A stretch of DNA of 25,219 bases, from positions 1 through 25,219 of the IMG/VR virus record IMGVR_UViG_3300044674_001373. One strand, written 5' to 3'. Shown here piece by piece: positions 15,746-24,064 of the stretch (positions are counted from its first letter, which is position 1; every line of letters begins with the position of its first letter). The position numbers and the translations under genes are program-made. The notes under the pieces were generated by a model. It saw nothing but the letters and a program-made list of their open reading frames with translations, searched no databases and was not told the DNA's origin. This stretch comes from a virus (Duplodnaviria > Caudoviricetes).

Positions 15746-16204
15746 CTATAACTCCTTCTTGAACAAGTGTCCAACGGTCTTAAACTTCATAAACTTGTAA
15801 AGTTTCTCGACCCTGTCTCTTGCTATCTCTACGGTGCTGCCTGGACGGAACTCTCTGGCTCCCTGTTCCTTTGCCCATTCAGTGGCCGCGTTAATTAATC
15901 TTATGGGAACAAAAATACTTTTCCTGTGCTTGGGATCAACGTACAACGCTAGGTCATTAGCGACCTTTTCATTATTGAAGTAGTAGTTGTTTATGACCAC
16001 CACTATACCGCCTATTATCTCACCCTCCTTCTCAGCCACGAAACCAACTCCCTTATCGGTGCTCATCAGCGTCATAAAGGTGTTTAAAACTTTCTGCCTG
16101 TCAAAAGTCATATGGGCATACGCACCCTCGTGCCACATAGACTCGCCGAGGTCCAATATCGTTTCGAAGTCATCATATGTCCATTTACGTATGTTATATT
16201 TCAT
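15746..16204 (-). CDS. GNAT-family N-acyltransferase
   Basis: IRKWTYDD N-terminus, FVAEKEGEIIG, LYVDPKHRK motif A, WAKEQGA, LYKFMKF motif B. Confidence 0.85.
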   Translation of the reverse strand: MKYNIRKWTYDDFETILDLGESMWHEGAYAHMTFDRQKVLNTFMTLMSTDKGVGFVAEKEGEIIGGIVVVINNYYFNNEKVANDLALYVDPKHRKSIFVPIRLINAATEWAKEQGAREFRPGSTVEIARDRVEKLYKFMKFKTVGHLFKKEL

Positions 16205-16661
16205 ATTCTTTAGCGTATATCTTCTCTTCTATGTTGAAGCCCAAGTTCAAAAGGCTGTTGTCGTCAATGTTCCTGTTGCTTATCCTTAAACTTTCTATGT
16301 TCTTGTTCCTACAAAATGTCTCAAGCTCATCAAACAATCTCACAATGTTGTCGTTGGTCTGAAACTTGGGCTCTATGTAAAAGTATTGTAGATTAGCGAT
16401 GTTTTTCTTGGGTGCCCAAGGTGCTTGATTGACAAACAGGAACGCGAACCCGATCAAAGTCTCGTTATGGTAAAGTCCTATGCTACCCTGCCAATAAGGA
16501 GATACCAACGATCTCTTGATGTACGTGTAAAAATGTGTCTCGTCATAATCAACGCCAAACAGGCCCGTCTCGTGTAGTGCCTTGTATCCCAACTTGGCCA
16601 CCTGTGTAGCGTCTTCGGTCGTTAGTGCCCTCGTGTAAATTAGATCTATTCCCTGCCCCAT
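16194..16661 (-). CDS. GNAT-family N-acyltransferase (divergent)
   Basis: TRALTTEDA, LIGFAFL, YFYIEPKFQ motif A, FCRNKNI, LLNLGF. The acetyl-CoA binding G-loop looks degenerate. Confidence 0.75.
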   Translation of the reverse strand: MGQGIDLIYTRALTTEDATQVAKLGYKALHETGLFGVDYDETHFYTYIKRSLVSPYWQGSIGLYHNETLIGFAFLFVNQAPWAPKKNIANLQYFYIEPKFQTNDNIVRLFDELETFCRNKNIESLRISNRNIDDNSLLNLGFNIEEKIYAKEYEI

Positions 16662-17227
16662 TTTATGTCCTTTACTATTTGATTGCTAAACTCCATACCC
16701 TTGTCATTATTGAAGAATAATTGTTGGCTCGCCACGCTGGTTGTCCTGCCCGCGGTCTTCTCAAAATCAGCGAACTGACTAGCACACTGGATCGTGATCG
16801 TTGCCGTCTCCTGTGCCTCCGCTATCTTCCAAGCAGTTATCCTGCCATCGAAGAACTGGAACACCTTTGTGCTGTTGAACTTGCCCGTTGTGTCAAATAT
16901 ACATCTGTACAGCACCACACGTTTGTCTATGTAGTTGTTGTTGAGCACAAGCCCAACGGTAGTTAGATCAACCGCAGTGAAACTGATGTCTAGAGTATTG
17001 ACCGTTATGGAGCCGCTCTCCTTGACGTTGCCGAACTCCAGGAACTGTCCTTGTGCTAGATAAACATTTGTGCCTGTGTCTGGTGCCGTTGGGCTGTCGT
17101 ATCTTATGTCTATGTTGGCGTTGGTGAAATACACAGCGGCGTCGAAGTGTATCTCTATGAGATCAGCAGTTAAGATCTTTGTCTGTGCTAAAGCATCTTG
17201 TATGGTGCTGTCCAAGTTCCTGGGCAT
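16646..17227 (-). CDS. Tail tip/baseplate hub protein (DUF2163/gpL-like)
   Basis: FDGRITAW, GRTT..SQQ.FF..DKGMEF....KDIKWGR motif, and position after the Dit-like gene. Confidence 0.75.
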   Translation of the reverse strand: MPRNLDSTIQDALAQTKILTADLIEIHFDAAVYFTNANIDIRYDSPTAPDTGTNVYLAQGQFLEFGNVKESGSITVNTLDISFTAVDLTTVGLVLNNNYIDKRVVLYRCIFDTTGKFNSTKVFQFFDGRITAWKIAEAQETATITIQCASQFADFEKTAGRTTSVASQQLFFNNDKGMEFSNQIVKDIKWGRE

Positions 17228-17832
17228 TACGTGTCCTCTCTAACATTAATCTCGTATGTGAATAGTTCAGGGTTGCCAACGCTGAACTGCTGTTGATCGC
17301 TTGTTAAAAAAACTTTGAAAGGAACGTTGTTGTATTGTACCGTAGTGCTTGACGTGGTCGCCGTCCTCAATGTTGGGAATATGGGCAAAGCGTCTATGGT
17401 CGAACCATCTAAATTGACGTCCTCCGTTAGCATATACACCTTGTCGTGATTGCTGAATTTTATTAGATCACCACTCTTGAGCGTGCCAGTGCCTCCACTT
17501 ACGGGCACGTTGCTTGATGTAGCGGAGTTGTCATAATCGCTTGTAGTCGCTTCCGCACACGTTATGGTGCCTGAAGCCGTACCCCTCGTGCTAGAGATCA
17601 ACGGTGGTACAACGGTGAAACTATCAAACTTACCGCCCTGTTTCATTATGAATGCCATTATGGGCATATAGTCTTCCCTGCTCAACGGTGGGGATACTAA
17701 TTTGAAACTGAAGTGTTGGCTGTTGATCTGTGCCCTCTGTGTCCTGCCCGAAAGAGTCTGTGTTGTCCTAGTCTGTGTGTTGCTCTTGAACTCCATAGTT
17801 GTGAAGCCCGCTGTTGGGAATGTGCCTGCCAT
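17227..17832 (-). CDS. Distal tail (Dit-like) protein
   Basis: TLSGRTQR, IMAFIMKQGGKFDSF, LKSGDLIKFSNHDKVYM motifs. Immediately after the tape measure gene. Confidence 0.75.
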   Translation of the reverse strand: MAGTFPTAGFTTMEFKSNTQTRTTQTLSGRTQRAQINSQHFSFKLVSPPLSREDYMPIMAFIMKQGGKFDSFTVVPPLISSTRGTASGTITCAEATTSDYDNSATSSNVPVSGGTGTLKSGDLIKFSNHDKVYMLTEDVNLDGSTIDALPIFPTLRTATTSSTTVQYNNVPFKVFLTSDQQQFSVGNPELFTYEINVREDT

Positions 17833-19838
17833 TATACTAATGCCCTCCTGCCTTGTTCATTCAACGCTTGATTGATCATTCCAATGAATACGCTTTGTCT
17901 CGATCTAATCAGCTTGTCAAAATCACGTGTGTCTGTTGCTGTTATGTTGAAGTTTATGTTTATGGTTTGTTGTCCGCCCGCTAGTTTGTCATTAGGCACA
18001 ACGGTTCCAGTCCTTCCCGGCACAAAGAGCTCGGGTCCAGCTTCACCAATCATAAACGGTTGATTACCTATCGTTGTACCACCCTCTTCCCTGCCTGGGT
18101 ATTGTTGATTCCTAATTACTGCCACCTGTGCCAGTCCCGAAGCAACTATGGCTCCCGCTAACAACGGTCCGAATATACCACCCTGTGCCAACGCCTTCGT
18201 AGCACCTTGGTATGTGTTGATCACCGCCTCTGTTATGGCTACCGCCTTGTTAAGTTCGAAAGCACGTTTATTGACCTGTGCTATCTGTTCTAAAGCACTA
18301 CGAGCCCCCGCTACCGCTACTTCTCTTTTCTCTTCTTCAGTAGCGTTTGCTAGATCTAGGTCTTTGAAGTTTCCCTGTCGTACAGCACTGATCCTTGCTT
18401 CTTGGTTTCTTCTAATTTGTTCTAGTTCTCTGTCGTAAATGGCCTTACGTTTTGCCGCCGCGTCCTCTTCTATCTTCTGTATTCTCTGTGCCGCAACTTC
18501 ATAACTGAATGCTTTCTTTTCAAGTCCTTCTTCTATTAATGCTTTCTGCTCATTCTCCTTACGTATTATCTTGTCAAGTTCGTCTTCGTTTAACCTGTCT
18601 ATAGTCTCCAACGCACTCTTGTTTTTCTTTAAGAATTCTTCTATAGCATTCGCTTCTCTTTTGATCTGTTCGATCTTTTCCTTACGTTGTTTCTTCTCTT
18701 CCCTTAATCTCTGTGTGGCTCTCTCTACGCTGGCGTTGTAGTGTTCGTTGTGCTCCGTTAGTTCCCCAAGCTCCTCGCTCGTGCCCATAATGTCCTGTAT
18801 CAGCCCATCTATCTCGTCCCTGAACACGTATAGTCCCGCCAACGCCGTGCCCGCTAGCAACAGGAACAACGGATTCTTCAGCATAACCGCCGTCAAACCT
18901 CGCACTATGCCCGTCAATGCCACGAGTGTGTTAGCGAACTTGACGAAACCGTTAGCAACACCTATTATGGCCAAGCCCGCGAACGCCACCTTTAAAATCT
19001 CTATGTTGTCTTTTAGGAATATTACTGCCTTGCCCGCATTTATAGTAGCACCCGCAAGTGCCTTACCAACGCCTTCAGCGAAATCATCTAGGCCATCTTG
19101 GTTCTCATCAAAGAACTTGTTGAGATCGCCCAGCTCGGTTTTCAGTGCTTCAAAAAATGATTCATTGACCGTGGTTTGAAATTTAAAGAATTTATCTCCC
19201 AACATCGAGAGCGTACCCTCTAACGTGTTAGCAAACTCCTGTGCCGCGTTGCCGAACTCACCGCCAGCGCCGAACACTTCCTCGAATCTACGTCTCGTCT
19301 CCTCCGCCGTTGTCCTCACGCCTTGTTTGAATCCCAGTAATGCTAACACACCCCTTTCTCTGAATATGTCCGCACTCGCCGCACCTGTACTGAACGCCCT
19401 CTGTATCTGCTCACCAGCAGTCCTAAAGTCAATGCCCGATACAGCCGCAACGTTTGCCGTTATGCCCAAAACGTCATTTAGTTCCTCGGCGTCATCTGCT
19501 ACGATAGCCAAGTTTCCCGATGCTAACGCAATGTCTTGAAGGCTAAAGGGAACGCCCGCCGCAAAGTCCGTAAGTGTCTTGAATGCCCTCGCACCCTCTT
19601 CAGCACTTCCGAACAAGAACTTAAATCGTAGTTGTAGTGATTCTACTTCCTTACCAACGCTGACGAGACCCTTAACAAACCTGGCCGCACCTAGGCCCGC
19701 TAAAGCAACTCCAGCCAGCGTGGCTGCCCTGCCAAAGGACATCAATGCTTTTTCGTTGTTCTTTAAGGCACCGCCCAGTGCTTCCACATCGCGTTTGCCC
19801 TGTACCTTGGCTCGTATGTTATAGTCCTGTGTCGTCAT
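17832..19838 (-). CDS. Tail tape measure protein
   Basis: 668 aa, helical and A/G-rich. FGSAEEGARAF...FAAGVPFSL core, hydrophobic segments, C-terminal GEAGPELFVP motif. Confidence 0.92.
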   Translation of the reverse strand: MTTQDYNIRAKVQGKRDVEALGGALKNNEKALMSFGRAATLAGVALAGLGAARFVKGLVSVGKEVESLQLRFKFLFGSAEEGARAFKTLTDFAAGVPFSLQDIALASGNLAIVADDAEELNDVLGITANVAAVSGIDFRTAGEQIQRAFSTGAASADIFRERGVLALLGFKQGVRTTAEETRRRFEEVFGAGGEFGNAAQEFANTLEGTLSMLGDKFFKFQTTVNESFFEALKTELGDLNKFFDENQDGLDDFAEGVGKALAGATINAGKAVIFLKDNIEILKVAFAGLAIIGVANGFVKFANTLVALTGIVRGLTAVMLKNPLFLLLAGTALAGLYVFRDEIDGLIQDIMGTSEELGELTEHNEHYNASVERATQRLREEKKQRKEKIEQIKREANAIEEFLKKNKSALETIDRLNEDELDKIIRKENEQKALIEEGLEKKAFSYEVAAQRIQKIEEDAAAKRKAIYDRELEQIRRNQEARISAVRQGNFKDLDLANATEEEKREVAVAGARSALEQIAQVNKRAFELNKAVAITEAVINTYQGATKALAQGGIFGPLLAGAIVASGLAQVAVIRNQQYPGREEGGTTIGNQPFMIGEAGPELFVPGRTGTVVPNDKLAGGQQTININFNITATDTRDFDKLIRSRQSVFIGMINQALNEQGRRALV

Positions 19839-20023
19839 CGTCTATTCTTCGTCCTCGCTCTCGCTTGACGCATTTGCTTGTTGGCCGCATCTGCCTCAAT
19901 TTTAAGATATGCTATCCACATATCTATCTCCAACGCCGTCAGTTCCATTACCTCGGACACACTCTTCTTCAGCCTGTCCGCCAACATAAACAGGAACCTT
20001 GTTTCAGCGTTGGCGTTTATTCC
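19835..20023 (-). CDS. Tail assembly chaperone, -1 frameshift extension (gpT-like; missing from ORF track)
   Basis: The -1 frame relative to 20017..20364 reads GINANAETRFLFMLADRLKKSVSEVMELTALEIDMWIAYLKIE...KNRR* and ends in an ATGA overlap with the tape measure start. Confidence 0.8.
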   Translation of the reverse strand, partial: GINANAETRFLFMLADRLKKSVSEVMELTALEIDMWIAYLKIEADAANKQMRQARARTKNRR

Positions 20024-20364
20024 TTTACAAGTTCGTCAATCTTGGGTTTTAAAGCCGCGTTGTTGATCGTACCTGCCACTTTAGTGATAACGTTGGGATC
20101 CGCCTCATTCATTAAAACTATCCTGTCAGCCTCGTCAAATATTTTGTTGCCATTGCTGTCTAAAGCCTTTTGAATCAAAGACTCCACAAGTGCCTCAACT
20201 ATCTGTCCCTTGCTCTGTAGTTCTAACACTTTCGACTCCACTCTAAACGGGTATGTTGTCTTGTAAAAGACGTCCATATCCCACTCATCCACGTGTAGTT
20301 TCATAGCGTCTCCGCCTATCTCTTTGTGATAGTGTTTTGTTATTTTTTCTAAAGTTTTACTCAT
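20017..20364 (-). CDS. Tail assembly chaperone (gpG-like)
   Basis: 115 aa, LIQKALDSNGNKIF motif, canonical position between tail tube and tape measure. Confidence 0.8.
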   Translation of the reverse strand: MSKTLEKITKHYHKEIGGDAMKLHVDEWDMDVFYKTTYPFRVESKVLELQSKGQIVEALVESLIQKALDSNGNKIFDEADRIVLMNEADPNVITKVAGTINNAALKPKIDELVKE

Positions 20365-20672
20365 CGTATTATTTTTCCCTTCTGTCTGTTAGACACTTCC
20401 CTCGACGCTGGTCGGTAAAAACCCCGAGGTGCTTGTTTCGAATAGCCTTCATCAAGTCGCTGTATATAAGGTACGGTGTTCCGTAAATTATAATTCGTGT
20501 TGGATCTCTTCGCAAGTCTCCAATTGCTCCTTGCCCGACCTGATCGCTTCGGTGTGTATTTCTTGACCGTAGTTAAAAGATCTTTGGCTATTGAGCGAAC
20601 CATCTGATTTAGATTCCGTTCAAAATCAGCAGTTGCTTTGACCGAGTTAGGTGATATACTAACCTTAAACAA
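20361..20672 (-). CDS. HK97 gp10-like neck/tail completion protein
   Basis: TPKRSGRARSNW...NTVPYIQRLDEG motif. TTG start after CAGGAG. Confidence 0.8.
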   Translation of the reverse strand: MFKVSISPNSVKATADFERNLNQMVRSIAKDLLTTVKKYTPKRSGRARSNWRLAKRSNTNYNLRNTVPYIQRLDEGYSKQAPRGFYRPASREVSNRQKGKIIR

Positions 20673-20686
20673 GTGTATATCTCCTG

Positions 20687-21118
20687 TTATGTAGCCGCTA
20701 TTGTTAAGCCTGTTCCAGAACCGTTGTTAGTTCCTTGAAACGAGCAAGTAGCTTCTACCATTCCATCGAATGTACTGGTGATCGAGAAACCTGTGATTAT
20801 AACCTCACCTGTTAATGTCATACCAGCAGTCTCACCTGATGGGTATAGTTTTAATGTAGCTGGTGCTGAACCTTGAGTCCTCAATGCTTGTTGTGCCGCA
20901 TCGCTGTCCCTCATAAAAAGATCCATTGTACCACTGAAGTCAGTTAAACCCGCTTTGTATGATCTCACACCGCCCGAAGACATATTAGTGTCTTCAATAG
21001 TTTCGGTGTTAAGGTCAATACTAAAAGATCTAACAGACGCCACATTTGTTAAAGAATCAGAAACGTCAAACTCGACCCTTCCTGCTTCTCCTGTGTATGT
21101 AGTTGTATTGTAAGCCAT
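20687..21118 (-). CDS. Major tail tube protein
   Basis: 143 aa, SFSIDLNTETIEDT...GLTDFSGT...ITGFSITSTFDGMVEATCSFQGT. RBS GGAGG. Confidence 0.88.
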   Translation of the reverse strand: MAYNTTTYTGEAGRVEFDVSDSLTNVASVRSFSIDLNTETIEDTNMSSGGVRSYKAGLTDFSGTMDLFMRDSDAAQQALRTQGSAPATLKLYPSGETAGMTLTGEVIITGFSITSTFDGMVEATCSFQGTNNGSGTGLTIAAT

Positions 21119-21366
21119 TAGTTAGCCTCCTCATTATTGTTGATTAGGTCCTCGGGTCCTTCGAGTCCCACATCTATTCTTGGTTTAAGCACCACGGGCT
21201 CATCCACTTGGACATCACGCACAATCCTTTTACGTGATCTCTTCATTGATGGCTTCTGTGGTGTCGATGGTTCATTGTATGACCAACCATCTTTCAGTCT
21301 TGCCTGTACCTCTTTCGATGGTACAAGTTCTGAATTCCCTTGTTTGTCCCATAATTGTATTCTCAT
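21118..21366 (-). CDS. Hypothetical protein in neck/tail module
   Basis: 82 aa, TAATG-coupled at both ends. Confidence 0.7.
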   Translation of the reverse strand: MRIQLWDKQGNSELVPSKEVQARLKDGWSYNEPSTPQKPSMKRSRKRIVRDVQVDEPVVLKPRIDVGLEGPEDLINNNEEAN

Positions 21367-21803
21367 TATAGTACTCCTTTCAAGTATTGATATCTAACCT
21401 CAACCGTTATTACTACCTCACCGAGGGGCAGTTCTCTCTCCACCACCTCTATGTTTGATATCCTCGTGCTGACCGCGTGTATGTTTCCCGCGTCCCTTGT
21501 TAGATCTCTGTCCCTCGACACTTCCAGGATCTCCTCAACCCTCTCGACTATGTCGTTCCTCAAAGTGTCTATCTGTGTGCCTCGGACATAACATTTCAAT
21601 TGTATGCTCATTATGCCCTCACGTAAATCTGTTGATATGTCGCTCCTGCTCTCGCTCAATGTGTTGATCAGTATGGCCGGGAATTGTGTGATCGCTATCT
21701 TGCTGACCTCGAAGAACTCCCTGCTGACCAATCCCGGTGCTGGCTCCGTCATATTGAGCAGTTGGTCGTGTATGTTTTTTGTGATGTTTTCCCTTGCTGA
21801 CAT
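21366..21803 (-). CDS. Tail terminator/completion protein
   Basis: MSARENI...QFPAILI...ESR pattern and position upstream of the tail tube. Confidence 0.7.
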   Translation of the reverse strand: MSARENITKNIHDQLLNMTEPAPGLVSREFFEVSKIAITQFPAILINTLSESRSDISTDLREGIMSIQLKCYVRGTQIDTLRNDIVERVEEILEVSRDRDLTRDAGNIHAVSTRISNIEVVERELPLGEVVITVEVRYQYLKGVL

Positions 21804-22252
21804 TACCTAATTAGCCTACCTTGATAAAAGGACTGTTTCTCCGCGTCAGAGAACGTACCACTGCTGTCAAGATCGTAAGCAACGCCAACTTGTAGTATGG
21901 CGTCAAACTCCTCACTAAACTTCTGCTTGTAGTACATCATCTTCTCCCTGAACACATCTCCTTCTACCTCAAACGTTGATAAACGGGGATATATGTATTC
22001 GTGTAAAACGTGATACACAGCGGCCCTGGTGAATTGAGTAGTGTCCAATCTGCTTGGGCTTAATTTCGTATTGACGCCCACCACGCTGATATCTCTCGTA
22101 GCGTAGTTGGCCGTCGGCCACCAACGTATGTTTAGTAGTCTAATAAGGTCATCATAAGTCTTCTCGTGTAATGAAGTAAAGTCTTGTATGCCGTAGTTTT
22201 TGATGTCTGGCTCGTATTCCAGTATGTCTGAATCTGTAGCAAATGTAGCCAT
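21803..22252 (-). CDS. Head-tail adaptor/head completion protein
   Basis: 149 aa, MATFATDSDI N-terminus, first gene after the capsid gene, ends in ...GRLIR. Confidence 0.7.
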   Translation of the reverse strand: MATFATDSDILEYEPDIKNYGIQDFTSLHEKTYDDLIRLLNIRWWPTANYATRDISVVGVNTKLSPSRLDTTQFTRAAVYHVLHEYIYPRLSTFEVEGDVFREKMMYYKQKFSEEFDAILQVGVAYDLDSSGTFSDAEKQSFYQGRLIR

Positions 22253-22256
22253 TGAG

Positions 22257-22304
22257 TAAAGTCCTTCTTTAATTTCTATGTTCTACTAAAGTCCTTCTTT
22301 AGTA
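22257..22304 (-). repeat. Tandem AAGGA-loop hairpins in the 5' UTR (15-bp direct repeat)
   Basis: TAAAGAAGGACTTTA at 22301-22287 and 22271-22257. Each copy is a hairpin, and the second contains the RBS. Confidence 0.85.
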
Positions 22305-22308
22305 CAAG

Positions 22309-22316
22309 TATTTATT
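22309..22316 (-). promoter_or_regulatory. TAAATA late-type promoter for neck/tail genes
   Basis: AATAAATA between the post-capsid hairpin and the AAGGA hairpins. Confidence 0.65.
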
Positions 22317-22322
22317 TGTCTC

Positions 22323-22351
22323 GGGCGTTGTAAGGGGAACAAACAACGCCC
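22323..22351 (-). terminator. Post-capsid stem-loop (terminator or mRNA-stabilising)
   Basis: 9-bp stem GGGCGTTGT/ACAACGCCC, 27 nt after the capsid stop. No U-tract, so intrinsic termination is uncertain. Confidence 0.45.
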
Positions 22352-22378
22352 ATAAGACCAGAGAGGTTAATTGTTAAA

Positions 22379-23263
22379 TTATACCTCTTTGTTTCCTTTA
22401 ACAAGAACCGCGTATGAAGCTTTAACAACGTTATTGCCTCTCGCCGTAGTACCAACGTACTCCGTTAATCTTCTCGAAACGTCTCTTTGGGTCTCGATTC
22501 TGATTGGTCTCTTGATGACGTGTGCGAATGCTTGGGGGCTAAAAACCGCACCAAGACCACTTGTAGATGTTGAATCATCCGCTATCGCAGTTGATTGAAA
22601 CATCTTCACGTTAAAGATCTTGCCAACGAACGCTGATGATGATAATAAGTTATTACCAACGTTAGACAAAGCACCAGCCGCTCCAGATGAAGCATAACCG
22701 GCGTTCGCTAACACTTTAGCGATGTTGAACGCTTGTTTTGGATGTAAAACACAGAAGTAGTCGCCATCAGCATCTGTTGGTGCTGAATTGCCTCTTAATG
22801 TATATACCGCTTGTAAAATGTGATCTGGTGTTAATTCTATATTATCACCACCCACTAAAGGGTTAGCATTAAGTTTTGCTTCTGTGAATTGAGCAAAAGC
22901 GTCGGTGTCGATCTTTTCGGCTAAAGCTCCGCCGATCATAACGCCCACGTCTGAGCCCATATTTCTCGCTGTTGATTCTGCTAATAAGTCAGAAACATCA
23001 ACTCTTGCCGCGATCTCTGATGCTGTAATATCTACTTGAGCAACTGATACCGCTGATTCTGAAACATCATCAGTCTGTGCTGGAGCACTGGCTGAGATTT
23101 CAGGATACACGGGGATTTGAGCAGTTAAGCCTGGAGTCCCTGTCATATCGTATGTGTTGAACACACCACCCGCAATAGATTTCTCAGAAGCTGTGAAGAC
23201 CGCCTCTTGTAAAATATTGGTATAAAGTTGTGTGTCGTTTGATTGTAGTTCTGGTTGTGCCAT
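22379..23263 (-). CDS. Major capsid protein (HK97 fold)
   Basis: 294 aa following the scaffold. TAQIPVY, GALAEKIDTD, YFCVLHP.Q, VGKIFNVKMF, IRIETQRD motifs. RBS CAGGAG. Confidence 0.9.
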   Translation of the reverse strand: MAQPELQSNDTQLYTNILQEAVFTASEKSIAGGVFNTYDMTGTPGLTAQIPVYPEISASAPAQTDDVSESAVSVAQVDITASEIAARVDVSDLLAESTARNMGSDVGVMIGGALAEKIDTDAFAQFTEAKLNANPLVGGDNIELTPDHILQAVYTLRGNSAPTDADGDYFCVLHPKQAFNIAKVLANAGYASSGAAGALSNVGNNLLSSSAFVGKIFNVKMFQSTAIADDSTSTSGLGAVFSPQAFAHVIKRPIRIETQRDVSRRLTEYVGTTARGNNVVKASYAVLVKGNKEV

Positions 23264-23285
23264 TACTATCTCCTGTTAGTGCGCC

Positions 23286-24008
23286 TTATATCCTCGGTTT
23301 ATAGACGTCGTGTCTTAACTTCTTATACAAAGCACGTTGTTCTGGATCGTTAAGATCCAACTTGTTTATATCAACCTTTGTAGCACCTTCAGTAGATGTA
23401 TTCGATTTCGATCCGCTGCCTGCTGGTCCCGCCGCAACAAAATGAGCGTTGTCTCGTAAAAATGTGCTCACGAGTTGCTCAGTTGTCAAAGCATCACCCT
23501 TGTCAGTATAACGTGTCTGTCGCGATACTGGATCAACCACTTCGACCGTTCCGTCCTCATTCATCTTGACTTGATCCCTAACAAGTTTAACAACCTGTCC
23601 TGGGTTTATCGCTTTGTACTTGCTTGCCGCATCTAACAAAGCTCCATCAATCTTAATGTTTGACAGTTCTTGTGTCAAAGTATTGATTTTAGAGTTGGCC
23701 TTCTCAGCCTGCTCCCTCAATATCGTCTCGAACTCACCTTTCTTCTTCTGCTCTTCAAGTTTAGATTGCTCTTCCTTGTCAAGCAAAGTCCTGTAAGTCT
23801 CAACATCCACACCATCAAACTTCTTTAACACTTTAGCCTCTGTGGTGTGTTTCACCTTGGCCATTATGTTATCTACGTCTTCCTGTGTGTAAGTCTTCGC
23901 GTGTTGATCTACCGCGTTCTCCTGAGTTGGGTTGTTTTTTGTTTGTTCCGGTTGTGCCCCAGTAGCAGTCTCCGTATTCAAATCCGATGTTTGTGTGTCT
24001 TGACTCAT
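23286..24008 (-). CDS. Capsid scaffolding protein (start reassigned)
   Basis: Disordered N-terminus, KTYTQEDVDNI motif, coiled coil with KKGEFE, C-terminal GSGS. RBS CAGGAGG before ATG at 24008. Confidence 0.88.
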   Translation of the reverse strand: MSQDTQTSDLNTETATGAQPEQTKNNPTQENAVDQHAKTYTQEDVDNIMAKVKHTTEAKVLKKFDGVDVETYRTLLDKEEQSKLEEQKKKGEFETILREQAEKANSKINTLTQELSNIKIDGALLDAASKYKAINPGQVVKLVRDQVKMNEDGTVEVVDPVSRQTRYTDKGDALTTEQLVSTFLRDNAHFVAAGPAGSGSKSNTSTEGATKVDINKLDLNDPEQRALYKKLRHDVYKPRI

Positions 24009-24053
24009 CGTGTCCTCCTGTTGTTTGTCTCGGGCCGTATTTGCCCTACGCAT

Positions 24054-24061
24054 TATTTATA
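24054..24061 (-). promoter_or_regulatory. T4-type late promoter TATAAATA for scaffold-capsid genes
   Basis: Exact consensus immediately after the upstream stop and 45 nt before the scaffold ATG. Confidence 0.75.
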
Positions 24062-24064
24062 CGT

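Noticed and set aside
22257-22301. CRISPR-like mini-array
   Set aside because: Only two 15-bp repeats with a 15-bp spacer, overlapping an RBS, and no cas genes.
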